64,000 nucleotides of DNA from the NCBI RefSeq assembly GCF_022539665.2, contig NC_081331.1, forward strand, positions 10,354,001 to 10,418,000, in the 5' to 3' direction. Of the stretch, positions 13,101-25,283 are shown piece by piece. The DNA is from Daphnia carinata (taxonomy: Eukaryota). The first letter of the stretch is position 1, and each line of letters opens with the position of its first letter. The notes below the pieces were generated by a model. The model searched no databases. It saw only the letters and a list, made by a program, of their open reading frames with translations, and was not told the DNA's origin. The position numbers and the translations under genes were made by a program.

Positions 13101-16100
13101 AAAGACGTTTCGGCATTTTGGATTTCAGACGGGCCGGAATCTTCCTGATCGAGATAAGATTCCGAAAAAAAAAAGAACAATACCGACTTTTCCCTTTTTT
13201 TTTCTTGGCAACCAATCGGTTGGAACGACGAGATTTAAAGTACATAAAGGGCAAAAATAAGAAAAAGACAAATAATCAGCATCACAAAGTCAAGTATGTC
13301 TCATACCTCAATCCCTTATGGCTGAAAGGTGTGCGACGATGACTGTGCTTTGGAATGAGGTCACCTTTCAAGTTACGGCGCAGCACAAGCCGCAGCCCGA
13401 ATAATTCTAATTTTTTTTATCGAAAAATTTTGTTTTTCTTTAAACAAAAAAAAAAATCCTTATCCTCCCATGTTCTTTCTTGTCTTTCTACATATCTCCA
13501 CCTAGTCTCTCTCTCTCTAGTTCACGCGCTTTTGAGAGTTCCTTCTGCGTTCAGGTTCGTGACATAATAGACGCTGGGTCCTCAAGGTCGGAAAGGGGAA
13601 AAAAAAGGCACTTGGTTGCAGTCTCACAGCTCTTTTCTCTCTAGAACATTTTCAGGGCGGACACAGTCCCCCCCCCCCCGGCCGGTTGGGTTTTGTGCAC
13701 CACATGTGAACGAAATCGTTCAAATGAGTCGTTTAGTTAATCCGGAATGCTTCGCCGATGCGTCCATTCGCTTCGTCGCATCACAAACGATCTGTTGGTC
13801 TCACATTGTCCGACCGTTGTCCAGCCTGAGCGCTCATATCGTTCAATTTAGCAGACAAAAGATGGGAATTGGGGAGTTGGACGAAGAGAAGAAGGAGAAT
13901 AAAGATAAATGGTGGGAATGCATAATGATCGGCTAGACAAAAGAGAAAAGAGCACAAGAAGACGAAGGCAAAAAATGTTTCTCTTTCTCTTCTTCTTCTT
14001 TAGAAAAAAGAAAACAAGGACATAATTGAATTCGAGTGGAGATTTTTTTAACTCTTTTGGTCCCTCGCTTGTGCCTAGCGGTACATTTTCGCACGCGTGA
14101 ATGGGCCATAGCTCGCCTCAGATTTTTTGTCCATACAAGGTAAAACTACTCTTTTTTTTTTTTTTCTTCTCTGTTTGCTTCTCTCTTTGGTCGTTGTCTG
14201 ACTTGTTCCAAAGACTTCCAGCGTATTCACACAAGAAGGTCATGCGAAAAGAGAGAGAAAGACAAACCCGGAGCTATGCAGATAAAAAAGCACATGATGG
14301 TCATTACGTATTGGATAATGTAGCGCACGCGGGAAAAGAAACACACATTTGAACCCACCCACGAATTCAGCAAACGTTGGGGCTTTTTTTTAGTGTCAGT
14401 GACCACCATCAACAGCGAACCGTTAATACAATACAAAGAGAGAAAAAAAAAACACATTTTATGCAGTGGAAATTTTGAGGAAAGATATGAAGGAAACTAG
14501 CAGTTACCGACCAAAAGGGATTTGTTTTTTTGCTTTTTTTCTTTTACAATCGACTTCCATATAAAAACAGCGATAGCCACTGGAATGGATTCGTGATGCC
14601 CGGGCTCGTAGTAAATGTCCGGGACTGACGAAATCCAAAACGAAGAAAATTCAAGAGGCCGCCCTTTTTTAGTTGATTTCTTCTTTCACGTGTTTATTTC
14701 ATTTTTAAAATTTTTCTTAACTTTTCAAGAGAAGCTCAATCGAACGCTTGAGATTAAACGCACGCGAGCTTTAAGATCCGGCTGTCTTATCCGCAAGCAT
14801 TATTTTGTGTGTGTGTGTGTTTATTTCTGAGCTGTTGTGAGCCAAGAAAAGACGAAAAACAAAAATGCCCGTACATTGGACCGCCCAATAAATTGATCCG
14901 CGGCATGCACTTGAAAATTGAAAAGAACTAGCGCAGTTGATTTCCCCCGCCTTACGCTCGTTGACCGAACCCTTAGAACATCCCGTTCAATACGTAAACG
15001 CGTTAGTGTAGTGCGCTTCATTAAGTTTAACGACGGAAAGGGCTAGGGGTCGATGTAATTGGATGGAAGGATTGAATGCGATGCTCTCCGAAATGCGTGC
15101 GTCTCTATGCAGCGGCGCGCTCGTTGAAGTTATAACAAGCCAAAATAGATAACAACAACCCCCGCTAGTTTATTCTCCTTCGGACGATGTTGGGAAAGAC
15201 AAAATGAAACCAATTTAAAATCTTTTTGGTACTATATGGACTTACGGGCCAATGGGCCGGACACTGCTAGACGTGTAATGCGCTGTGAGAATTCGTGTAA
15301 AGGGTTCGTATCAAGGACGAGTGCAGACGCGCTCATGGCAAAGGGGGGAAACTCATAAAATTTGGGTTTCAATTTGGTTGCTAGTTGTGTCTGTTCCCCT
15401 CCATGCACGAAAGGAAGAAAAAGAGTTTGTGACGTGGAATTTATGGCCCGTTTAAGTGTTCGATTTAGTTTTCAAAATATTAGAGATATATGGAGTTCTT
15501 AAAGGCAGATATCCTGGCTGAAAATGTAGGTGACCAGTGTGTAAAAAAAAATACCCGCTCATGACTTAGCATGATATTCAAATGGTCCATAAGTTACCGA
15601 AGGTAGTTTAAAGGCAAATAAAAAGAAAAATGTATAGATAAATATAAGCCTATTTCTTCTCTCAACGCTGGACAGCGATCCGCCACACTGGCGCGCCCAT
15701 GCAAACACGCACAAAAAAAGAAATATTTAGTAAAAACATGAAAATTTTTTTTTTAAAGTGTGTTATAACTGCGTACGACGAAAAGAACCGACTGTAAGTA
15801 ACTTGGTAAATTTTAAACGTATTGATTTTGTATCGAGCGACTATGGGAAAAACGCCTTGGATAAATAGGGTGGCGTCACAGTCAGAGGAAGTCTAGAGGG
15901 TAAAGAAAAACATTCCGTAGACAATGATTAGATAAAATGAAGTTGATTGTGAAGCTCCCTAAAAAGATACTTTTAAAAAAATTACAATAAACTCTATAAA
16001 TCGACAAACAGGAAGCCAATGTATGCAGGCCGGCAATCGTCTCGTACGTGATCTCTAATTTCCCGTCCATTTTTCTCTCTTCACTCCCGCGTGCGAAGCA

Positions 16101-19100
16101 CTCTGCGTGCTTTTTCTCACACATACACGTAACATTACAGAGACTTCAAAGAGGCGCAGTTAGGGCCGTCTCTCTTTCTTTTTTTTTACCTCTTTTTCTC
16201 TCAATGTCCAGCCCTTGCCTTCACATTTCAAGTGGAAACCTAAAAGGGCGACTCTCTTTCTCGCCTTCTTTTTTTTTTCGGTCGTGATTTATCACGACAG
16301 AGAAAGAGAGGAACAAACACACTCACCAAACATCCCGGACCTCTTCTATCTCTGCTTGTACCTTATCCCTTCTATCCCTGACGATGTTTATAATGGAAGT
16401 AGACGGAACGACGAAGGCGAGGAGCAAAGATGCTGTTAGTGTTAATTTTAGAGCGCGGACTGAGTCATCAGACACGTCGTTTTCTTCTCCCCTTTTCTTT
16501 TGCGTACGTTTTGACTCTTCGGTCCGCCTTTCTCCTTGAGAAACCAAAACCGACACTCATCAAGAGTCTCGTCGACTCCATAGAAAAAAAAACGAGCTTT
16601 TTTTATCCATTGCTTTAGCTGCTTTTGTGTTGTTGTTTGATTTGTTCTTCCATTTGGCTTGTTTTTAATTACTTTTCGATGGAGACTAACACCTCATTAG
16701 GAGGCAAAAAGAATAAGCAAGTCTCTTTGGCTCTTTTAACGATACGTACCGCAATAGAAACGAGCTCTTCAACTACTCGGGTTTTTCTTTTTGTTTGAAA
16801 CCCACTGCAAAATCGACTCGCGTTTTCAAATAGAAAAAAGAAAAAGAGAAAGAAAACGTTGCTGTCCAACTTTGGAACAAAAGGCAACGCCAAAACACAA
16901 ACGATGTTTGCCATCCATGGCGATGGGTATAGTCATCATTGCAGATTTCGATCGCTGTGTTTGCTGTGATGACGTCACATGATGGATTTCTTCTGCTCCA
17001 TCCCATTTGGCGCGTCCGTCACTTGTCGGGATGGGTCGGGAAAAAAACAACAACAACAACAACAAAAGAGGCAACCACGCCTTTTGTTGCAGAGTTTGTT
17101 TTTGCGATCGCGGTGGAATGAGGAAACGCACACAAACGATCGAATGCGTTGCGCTTGTGACCAATTATGGTATTCAGCACAGCAACAATCACGTAGCCCC
17201 CGCCCTGTTGTATTATTCTTAACGTCAATATTTTGGTCACCTGTTGGCGATTGAACAACGAGAAAAGAACAAGTAGATGTGTGTCGTCTCTGGGGCGTAG
17301 CACACGCTGGCCATGTGTGAAACGTTCGATTCATGCAGCTTAGGTCGGTCAACGCCCTAAACGTCCCACATGGTCTTATCGAGTCCAACTTTCTACCCAG
17401 CTGTACATAGAATGACAACAACATAATCTTGTGATCGTCATTTTTATGGCTATTTTTCTATTGTTCCATTTTTTTTTTTACGTTTTCAGGATGTCGACGT
17501 CTAACGAAATGGCCGGTTTATCTTGGCTCCAGCGTCAGCAGCAGAAGCTACGCGAACGCAAGGATTCGATGCGACGAGCTGAGCGCAATCCGCAAGAAGT
17601 GCGGCTCATGTCCGAGCTGCAGTCTAGCCGCCAATTCAGAGGTCAGCTGTTGCAACACCAACAGTCAACGACATCGACAATTGGCGGCCAAAGACCGGTC
17701 GATGATGCCGGTTACTTGAGCGATGTTACTTTATTCTCCGAGCTGGATATGGTCAACACGTCGCGCGAAGGCTCGCCCGACATCCGCAGTCTCTACGCCA
17801 CGCCCTTGCACATCAACACGGCCGGCACCTACGGCCAATATCAGCAGGTGAGTCACGTTTCTCATTTTTTCGCTTGTGATTCGCCAACGTCGTGATTCAA
17901 AAATGTAAAGAAAAACTTCTTGATTCATTTCCATATTCGATCCAATTTCCGTCGTCGTTTTCAATTTCTTTACCGGCCCAGAGCTACGCTCGTTTTTCTT
18001 TACAAACATAAATTCAAAACGATTTACCTTCACCACGAAAGAGACACAACTCCTTTCACAATGTGACGTCAGATTGGCTTGGCAATTAAGATTGAATAAG
18101 AGGCTTTCGTAAACGTTACGAGTTCATCGGGAACCGAGGCCACTATTAGAAAAAATGTTTTTATTACACATTTTTTTTTATAAGATCATATGAATTTTTT
18201 TTTTTTATCCATTCTTGTTTTTATCCATTGAATGAATAATGGATGAAAACGATTTACGTATTCATGATGATCCTCCTGGCGCTATATAATGTTGTAACGA
18301 TGGCTGATTGGATTCCTTTTGTTGCCTCTCTTTTTTCGAACTAGTGCCTTTAAAATATCTTTCCATTCTTATTATTTTTATTTATTTTTTTTTTCAATTT
18401 TTAATGAACGAGCAGTCGAAAGCGGGCCAGACCGGGAGTGGCGTTAATAAGACACTGTCATCGTCGTCCAACCCGGCTTCTCCGCTCCTCACGCACCGTT
18501 CCTCATCGTTGGAGCGCAGCGGGCGGTACATCGGCGGCGGCGGCGACAGGATCCAACAACAACAGCAACAACAACAACAGCAGCAGCAGCAGCAGCAGCA
18601 GCAAAGGGTGACTCTAACGCGTCAAAAATCAGATATGAGCCATGACCGAGAACGGCCTTTCGTGGCCGTCAAGAGAGCTCACGAGCAGCATATGAAGACG
18701 CTCAACACTAGCAATGGAGGCCAGGTATGTAGGTGTTTATTTTTTTTCCCCCTTTATTTTTCACGTTTCGCCCGTATATATTACACGCGCACGAACGAGT
18801 CGAATCCTCGACCACACCCCCATCAGGTCCTTATGTTCTTCAGACTTTTCCCAAATCGAGTGTTGTGTGTCTTGACTGACAAGCAAAGGCCATCACTCAG
18901 CATCTGACGTCATTCGCGTGCACCTGTTTGGACTGTGTCCATCTTTCACTTTTAGCAGTGGAGTGATCACCGGTGTTTGACCTTCCTCATTCCTGCTACC
19001 GACAGAATATTTATTGACATTCAGTATTTTTGAAAAATGTTCAAGTGATTTTCTCTTTCAAATTTGAATACGACGCATCGTTTGAAATCAAGGCCATTAA

Positions 19101-22100
19101 AATATTCATTACATACAGAAAAGGGCTACTAAGTTTAAACCTATTCACGGATGCATCCCATTGTTCATTGTTGATGCCCCTTCTTGCCGACAAAAGCCAC
19201 CATTGATTGCTTCGCCTCCTATTTCATCTCATCAATTTGAATCTCCACCCCTCCCTTCAGAGGAAAAAAAAACAATCAAACTGGAAAATTGATTTTTTAA
19301 AAATTATTATTTAATGCTTTTACAATAATTCGACTGTTAACCGCGCGCCGCCTTGCATACAAAACTAATGGCTTGCACTCACCCCACCCAATTTTGTGTG
19401 TCTTTTTTTTTTTTGCGCTTATTCAACCCAACAGCTGAATCCCAATGACCTGCTAGTGACCGCTGCCTCACCTTATGGTTTGATTGGATACCACCATCAC
19501 GGCTCGACCTCCCCAACAGACTCAGCTTCCATGACTGGAACGTCGTCAGAACCAGTGTCGTCCAGCCGAACGGGTTTACTGTCCACCGTGACAGATCACG
19601 CCACGACGTCACCGACGCCATCGTCGGCCCAAGCGGTACAGCAACCGGTCAATCGGCTGGGCAACTTGGACTGGTTGATCCACTCGCTCAACACTAACTT
19701 GCCCGATCCAGCTGCACTCATACGCGAGCCTAACCTGACCCCTAACCTCAAACACCTGATCCATGGCAGCAACAACAATAACAGCAGCACACAACAGCGA
19801 TCACCTCAGCATGTGGCCGATCAGGGCAAATCACCTCTTAATAATCGGCATCACTCATTCAGTAGTAGTCTGCCTGCTCGTGCTAACTTTGTCCCGGTGA
19901 CGGGAATGGCCAACATCAGCACAAACACTAATAACAAATTCCCCAAATCATCAGTAAGTTCGAATCGAACTGGTAGTCGTAGTTTTTTAATTATAGCTAG
20001 CCTTATGCAACTTTGACCTTCAGTAGCAATTCGTAGCCACTTAAACAAGTTATTGATGCGTTTCTATTTATTTCACAGTTGGTAAGATGAAAAGAATCGA
20101 ATGTCAATGATAACATGATGTCTAAACAAGCTCGACATCAATGTCATGCTTTGTATTGTTTTCTTTATTTTTTTTTTAATGATATCTTAGGATAGTGTCA
20201 TGTCCTGGAACTCGTCGCTGAGCGGCGACCTAGATATGTCGGGAAACCGTCCAACGACTCCGGCCTTCCCTGTCGTCCCACGAACACCCTACCTCAACGT
20301 TCACCATCAAGGCTATGGCCGCCAGTCGATCGACTCGCCCGTCACTCCGACCTCGTCCCATTCGGGAGCCGGCCTACCACCCAAGAGTCCAACTACCCAA
20401 CGGTAAGCTAAAAACATTTTCAATTTCAATTAGTTTCGCTTGACCCAAATTCCATCACCCGATTGGGTCACATAGAAATTTTTTTTATTTTATTTTTTTT
20501 GGCTTTCACGTGGTGATGGTGTCATGTTTGAAATGTTTTATTACTGTTGCGGACGGGCTTTGGTGTAGTAGGGAATACGCAATCCCGTTCCAACATGGAA
20601 AGGAATTTTTGTTTTATTACGAGAACCAAGCAAAAATGATTTCAGGTTTCGGGTGGTTCTCATAGAAGTTTGAATGTTTTCACGATCTATAACTTGTGTA
20701 TGTGTGTGTGTGTGTGTGCGCGTGTGTGCGCGCTTGTGTGCCTATATAGACGCTATCCAGCCGGTTTGCAGCAGGTTAATATCCAGCCTTATTCGCCCAC
20801 TCCGCCCTCTGCTAAAATCCTTCGCAAATGGCCCTCAAACTCCTCGGTGTCGAGGTAACTAGCGGCCGAAGTCCTAACGGACAACCATACTTATTCCCAA
20901 TCTCGTTGATTAGCTTTCCTTTTAACTATTTTGCTGCTGTTCTTATTTTTCATTTTCTTAATTATTATTATTTTTTAAATGCATGGTGTATTAGTTTGGT
21001 TATGATGACTGCTTTCACCTCTCGGATGAGCGGTCCCATTTTCTTAAATTTTTGCTTGGTGTATTTAATGCATTTATAGTTTTGTTTTTGTTTTCTCTGG
21101 ATGGGTCACGCCAGCTTTTCCTATTACCAAAGTGATCGCTTTATAATAACCATCTTTTCACCTCTGACGATACAACGCTCTTCACGATAGTTGTTTTAAT
21201 GACGATAATGATTATGACGGTGCTTTGATATTAATGGCAATATCATTATTGTTATTTTAAAAAAATAGCAAGGAGAGATCGCCTTCTCCTTCTCCATCAT
21301 CGGCGTATTTGGGTCAGTCACATTCGCGACGTTCTTCCGTCCAATCCGTCAGCGGATTGAGCGAGCCCCAAGAAGTCAGCTCCGTTCACGTCAATTTCGT
21401 CAAGGATAATTCGAGATATTGGTACAAGCCCAACATCGCTCGTGAAGATGGTAATGCAAAGATTTCATTTTGTTACACCGTAATTAGGACAGCCTTAATT
21501 GTATATCCTACTTTCTTTTCCAGCCATCAACATGCTGAAGGATCAATCTCCTGGAACGTTCATCGTCCGCGATTCCAACTCCTTCCCGGGTGCTTTCGGT
21601 TTGGCCCTCAAGGTGGCCACTCCACCTCCGCACGTGGCTGGAAAGAATATGGCAGACCCATCCAGTGAGCTTGTTCGCCATTTCCTTATCGAACCGACCT
21701 CGAAGGGTGTCCGAATTAAGGGCTGTAGTAATGAACCTGTTTTTGGTTAGTATTATTGTTGAAGCCAGTTTGATTACGATAAAAATGAATTGAATTTCTT
21801 TCATTGTCGAATCTGTTTTGATCAGGATCCCTATCGGCTCTTATCTACCAACACTCTGTGACACCATTAGCTTTGCCCATCAAGCTAGTTCTACCAGATA
21901 GTGATTTGATTTTCAAAGATGGTAGTTCGACGGCGGTGCAATCGCTTTCCAATCCGACGACTCAATTGCTCACTCAAGGAGCCGCTTGTAGTCTGCTTTA
22001 TTTGTTTACCATGGATACGGAATCGCTGACTGGACCCCAAGCCATCCAGCGCACGATGACCCACTTGCTGGAAACGAAACCGCTACCAGTGCCAACCATT

Positions 22101-22580
22101 GTCCATTTCAAAGTCTCATCGCAGGGAATTACCCTCACTGATAACGAGAGGAAACTCTTTTTCAGGTAATTTGCATGCTTATACGTTGATTATATCGTAT
22201 CTGATAACATTAAAGTTTTTCTATTTTTTGTATTAGACGACACTACCCTGTGTTGACAGTTTCTTATTGTGGTCTGGATCCGGAGGATCGACGCTGGAAC
22301 CAGCGCAGCGAAGAAACAGGCCTGCCTATTAGTTCAAAGTAAATGCTAATAATGAAATTAAATCTTGAATTTTAAATAGAATTTTATTAATTATTATTGT
22401 TATATTTTATTTAGTCGATGCTTCGGATTTATTGCTCGTAAGCAAGCCAGCAAGACCGATAACCAGTGCCACATTTTTGCTGAACTTGAAGCCGAACAAC
22501 CCGCCACGGCTATCGTCAACTTCGTTACTAAAGTCATGATGACCTCTTCATCGTCTAGCCCGAGCAAAAATAACGTCTAA
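1280..22580 (+). CDS. TNS: Tensin (PTEN-like phosphatase domain, C2, long low-complexity middle, SH2, PTB); multi-exon, 5' end probably incomplete
   Basis: Frame-consistent GT-AG exons: 1280-1327, 1521-1730 ([16 protein letters not shown]), 1935-2107 ([23 protein letters not shown]), 3321-3479, 3742-3874, 3998-4247 ([19 protein letters not shown]2), 5627-5740, 5868-5972 (VRWDSY), 8841-9574 ([14 protein letters not shown], tensin motif), 10542-11389, 17490-17847, 18416-18724, 19435-19953, 20191-20402, 20750-20854, 21269-21450 ([14 protein letters not shown]), 21524-21745 ([23 protein letters not shown]2), 21826-22165 ([27 protein letters not shown]), 22237-22338, 22415-22580 ([23 protein letters not shown]). 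Confidence 0.93.
18554..18604 (+). repeat. CAA/CAG repeat encoding a ~17-residue polyglutamine tract in tensin
   Basis: Mixed caa/cag run, in frame within exon 18416-18724. Confidence 0.9.
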
Positions 22581-23733
22581 ATTGCTGTTGGTTGGTGTAT
22601 AACTTGTTGAGCTCTAGTTTGGCTTCTTTTGTTTTTATAGTGGTTTATTTAACTATTTCGTTTTTCATCCAAAACGGGGAGGGAAGCACATCCCGCCCTG
22701 AACATATACTAAAAACACACAGGCACACAGTCACGAAAGTAACTTGGTTGGCAATGTTTTTCTCCTGAAACAAAAAAGAAAAAAACAAAAGAAAGTGCGG
22801 CTGTACCTGTTTGTACAATTTGCAGTTGTTTCCCTTGGCCACTCTCACCACTAATACGTCACGAAACATTTTCTGCATGCCTAATTCATTTTTTACTCAT
22901 TGTTGTTTCTTTCGTAGACCATTGACACTTGTACACATACCATTTAACAGACAGATCTTTTTCTTTTAACTGTAAATATTTTTCAACCCCCTCTAACTGT
23001 TATGGATTGCTGTCGTCTTTATTTTTATTTTTACCTTACTTTTTTGGGTGGGTATGCAAAACATTTACAGATTTTTTTTTCATGTATTTACATGAATTTG
23101 TTTATGATACAGTTTCACACAATTTATTGAAAGAAAAAAAAAATATGAAAGTAGGAAGAAGAAAAAATATTGAATGGATTCCCATTTATATGTGCCATTT
23201 TAATGCCAATGCTGCGAAACCCAGCCTTTAATGTCCACAATTAGAGAGAGAAAGAAAGAGAGAGAGACATTGTAATGGCATGGTACTCCATTAGACTTCT
23301 CTTCACTGTCCACTTTGGCTAAGTAGCAAGAACAAAGTCCCTAGCATGAAGAGCTTGATTAACAATTTACTTGCTCGTCTTCGTCTAGCGCACATGCACA
23401 GTACTTTGCCACTTTTTTTACGTTACTTTGACGCCTATTTTTTTTATTTTATTTTTTTTTTTTTTTACATTGGATTGGTGACATAAGCCTGTAGAATTAT
23501 ACATAATGACTTGACTTATACATATGCATATAAAAACAACATTCAGCGTAATACATAACCGAGTGTTCCTAATATTAAAAAAAAACAGTTTACGGTATTG
23601 GATATATTTACGCGCGTGTGTGTGGAATTGTCGGTTGAATTTGTTGGTCTTCATTTGCATTACAGTAGCTGAACAAAAAAATACACAGCTTCCATTCTCT
23701 TCCCGAAAACGGTTGTATGCCTTTTTTTTTAAA

Positions 23734-24158
23734 TTAAATAGTGCCAACGCTGATTGCTAGATGGCGTTGCTTTACTTGTGGAAAACAATTTGCTAAACTG
23801 AAAAATCTGGTTAGCGCTGGATCGAATGACAATTCGTAAAAAAACCATCTGGTGAAACATATCACGAAACCCAGTTTTACAGAGCTCTCTCTGAGTGGCA
23901 CATTGTGCACCAAATACACGCAGCTGGATTTAGGAATTTCAAGGCAAATGACCAGTTGCCTTGATTTGGAACATCCAAGACTTGTTTGGTTGATCTGACA
24001 TATCCAAGGCCAATATAGTATCTTCGATATATCGGCCTTCTTTAACCTTAAACGACTTATTGTTTGCCCCCGGGAAACAAGTTCTAGATAATACTATGTG
24101 GTAGGTACATATGGGCAGGAAGCGCTCTTCAGAAATTGATTGGTTCACCATCGGCCAT
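23734..24158 (-). CDS. Candidate small two-exon gene of unknown function (119 aa)
   Basis: AAGATGGCC start at 24158, 10-nt exon, 65-nt GT..AG intron (24148-24084), then a 350-nt exon open to TAA at 23734. No recognisable domain. Confidence 0.3.
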
Positions 24159-25283
24159 CTTTATTTCTAGTCTAATTGACACTTCCGCTAGTTAGCCCAT
24201 CGATACGATCGTTTGCTTAGTTAACACTAGTAATGGTATACACCCACTTCTTGTTTGACTCAATTATTTATATATATATATTTTTAGAGGAGTGAGGGTG
24301 GGTCTAGATGAACAGAAACGACCTTCTGAAGATGGAAAAAAAAAACTTTCCAAATCCTAGTAACCCAGAAATTCCAAGCCATTTTTCTCACAATCGATAA
24401 CGCGGGAAATGAGACACGTTGGGCCCAGGGTGCATTGCACCCCAGCATATGAGATTTCAGTAGGGGTGTTTAAGGGCCGTAGGGGGTGGAACCATTTCAA
24501 CTTATTGCCCCGAAGACTCTGACTCTAAAACTAAACCTAGAATTTCTTCCTTTAAAGAGAAACCGACCATCCCGAAGAAACATAACATGTCCTTATCCAA
24601 GTTCCTTCTGGTTTTCTCCAGGTGAAACCACACTTCATTTGATGCGGTTCAGTTGCAAAACAAAAAATCGTTTTTTTAGACAGTGCCAATGTTGTTGAAA
24701 TGCGATGGAATCTGAGAAATCTGATTCATAAATGACTGGACGGGGACGTTCAACAAAATTCCGTTATTTCCAGTGATGCCTGAGTCATTTGTTGTCGTCG
24801 ACTTTGGAACGTTCATTCTACACTCTAGGATGACTAATCACTTTATAGCTATGTGGACATTTGGTAAGCTTTATGTTTCGGCAAAATCTTGGTGTTTGCA
24901 GAATGTCTGGTGATTGCTACACACGTGCACTCACGCGCACTAGTTCCGAAAAGTCTAATACTACGCCCCTTTCTCGTTGTAACCAATGGGCGATAACCTC
25001 TTCGCCGCCGGGCATTTTCAAAAGAAAAAAACACCTCAGCTGCTGAACAGCGCACAGTTCTGTGTTGTCCTACGCTTCACTCCCTCGTCCCTTCACTTCA
25101 GCTTCGCATTCCTTGTTATTTACTGCTTCACCGAGAATTGAATTCATTCCGAGCTGTTGCAACAAGCGAGTCAAGTTGTCTTCTGGAGTGTGGCGAATTT
25201 CGTTTTTGGCTTGGGCAGGGACTTATATTGCTTTGATTACACGAAACTGACACTTAAGGATTCTACTAGCTAAAACAACCAAA

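Noticed and set aside
6000..17400. Intronic and antisense ORFs in tensin (e.g. 10850-11305 minus, 16975-17424 minus)
   Set aside because: Shadows of real exons or low-complexity artefacts.
24400..24500. GC-rich hairpin GGGTGCA-T-TGCACCC (~24428-24443) and G-rich flank
   Set aside because: Single short palindrome with no partner terminus in the window; could be a TE fragment but unsupported.
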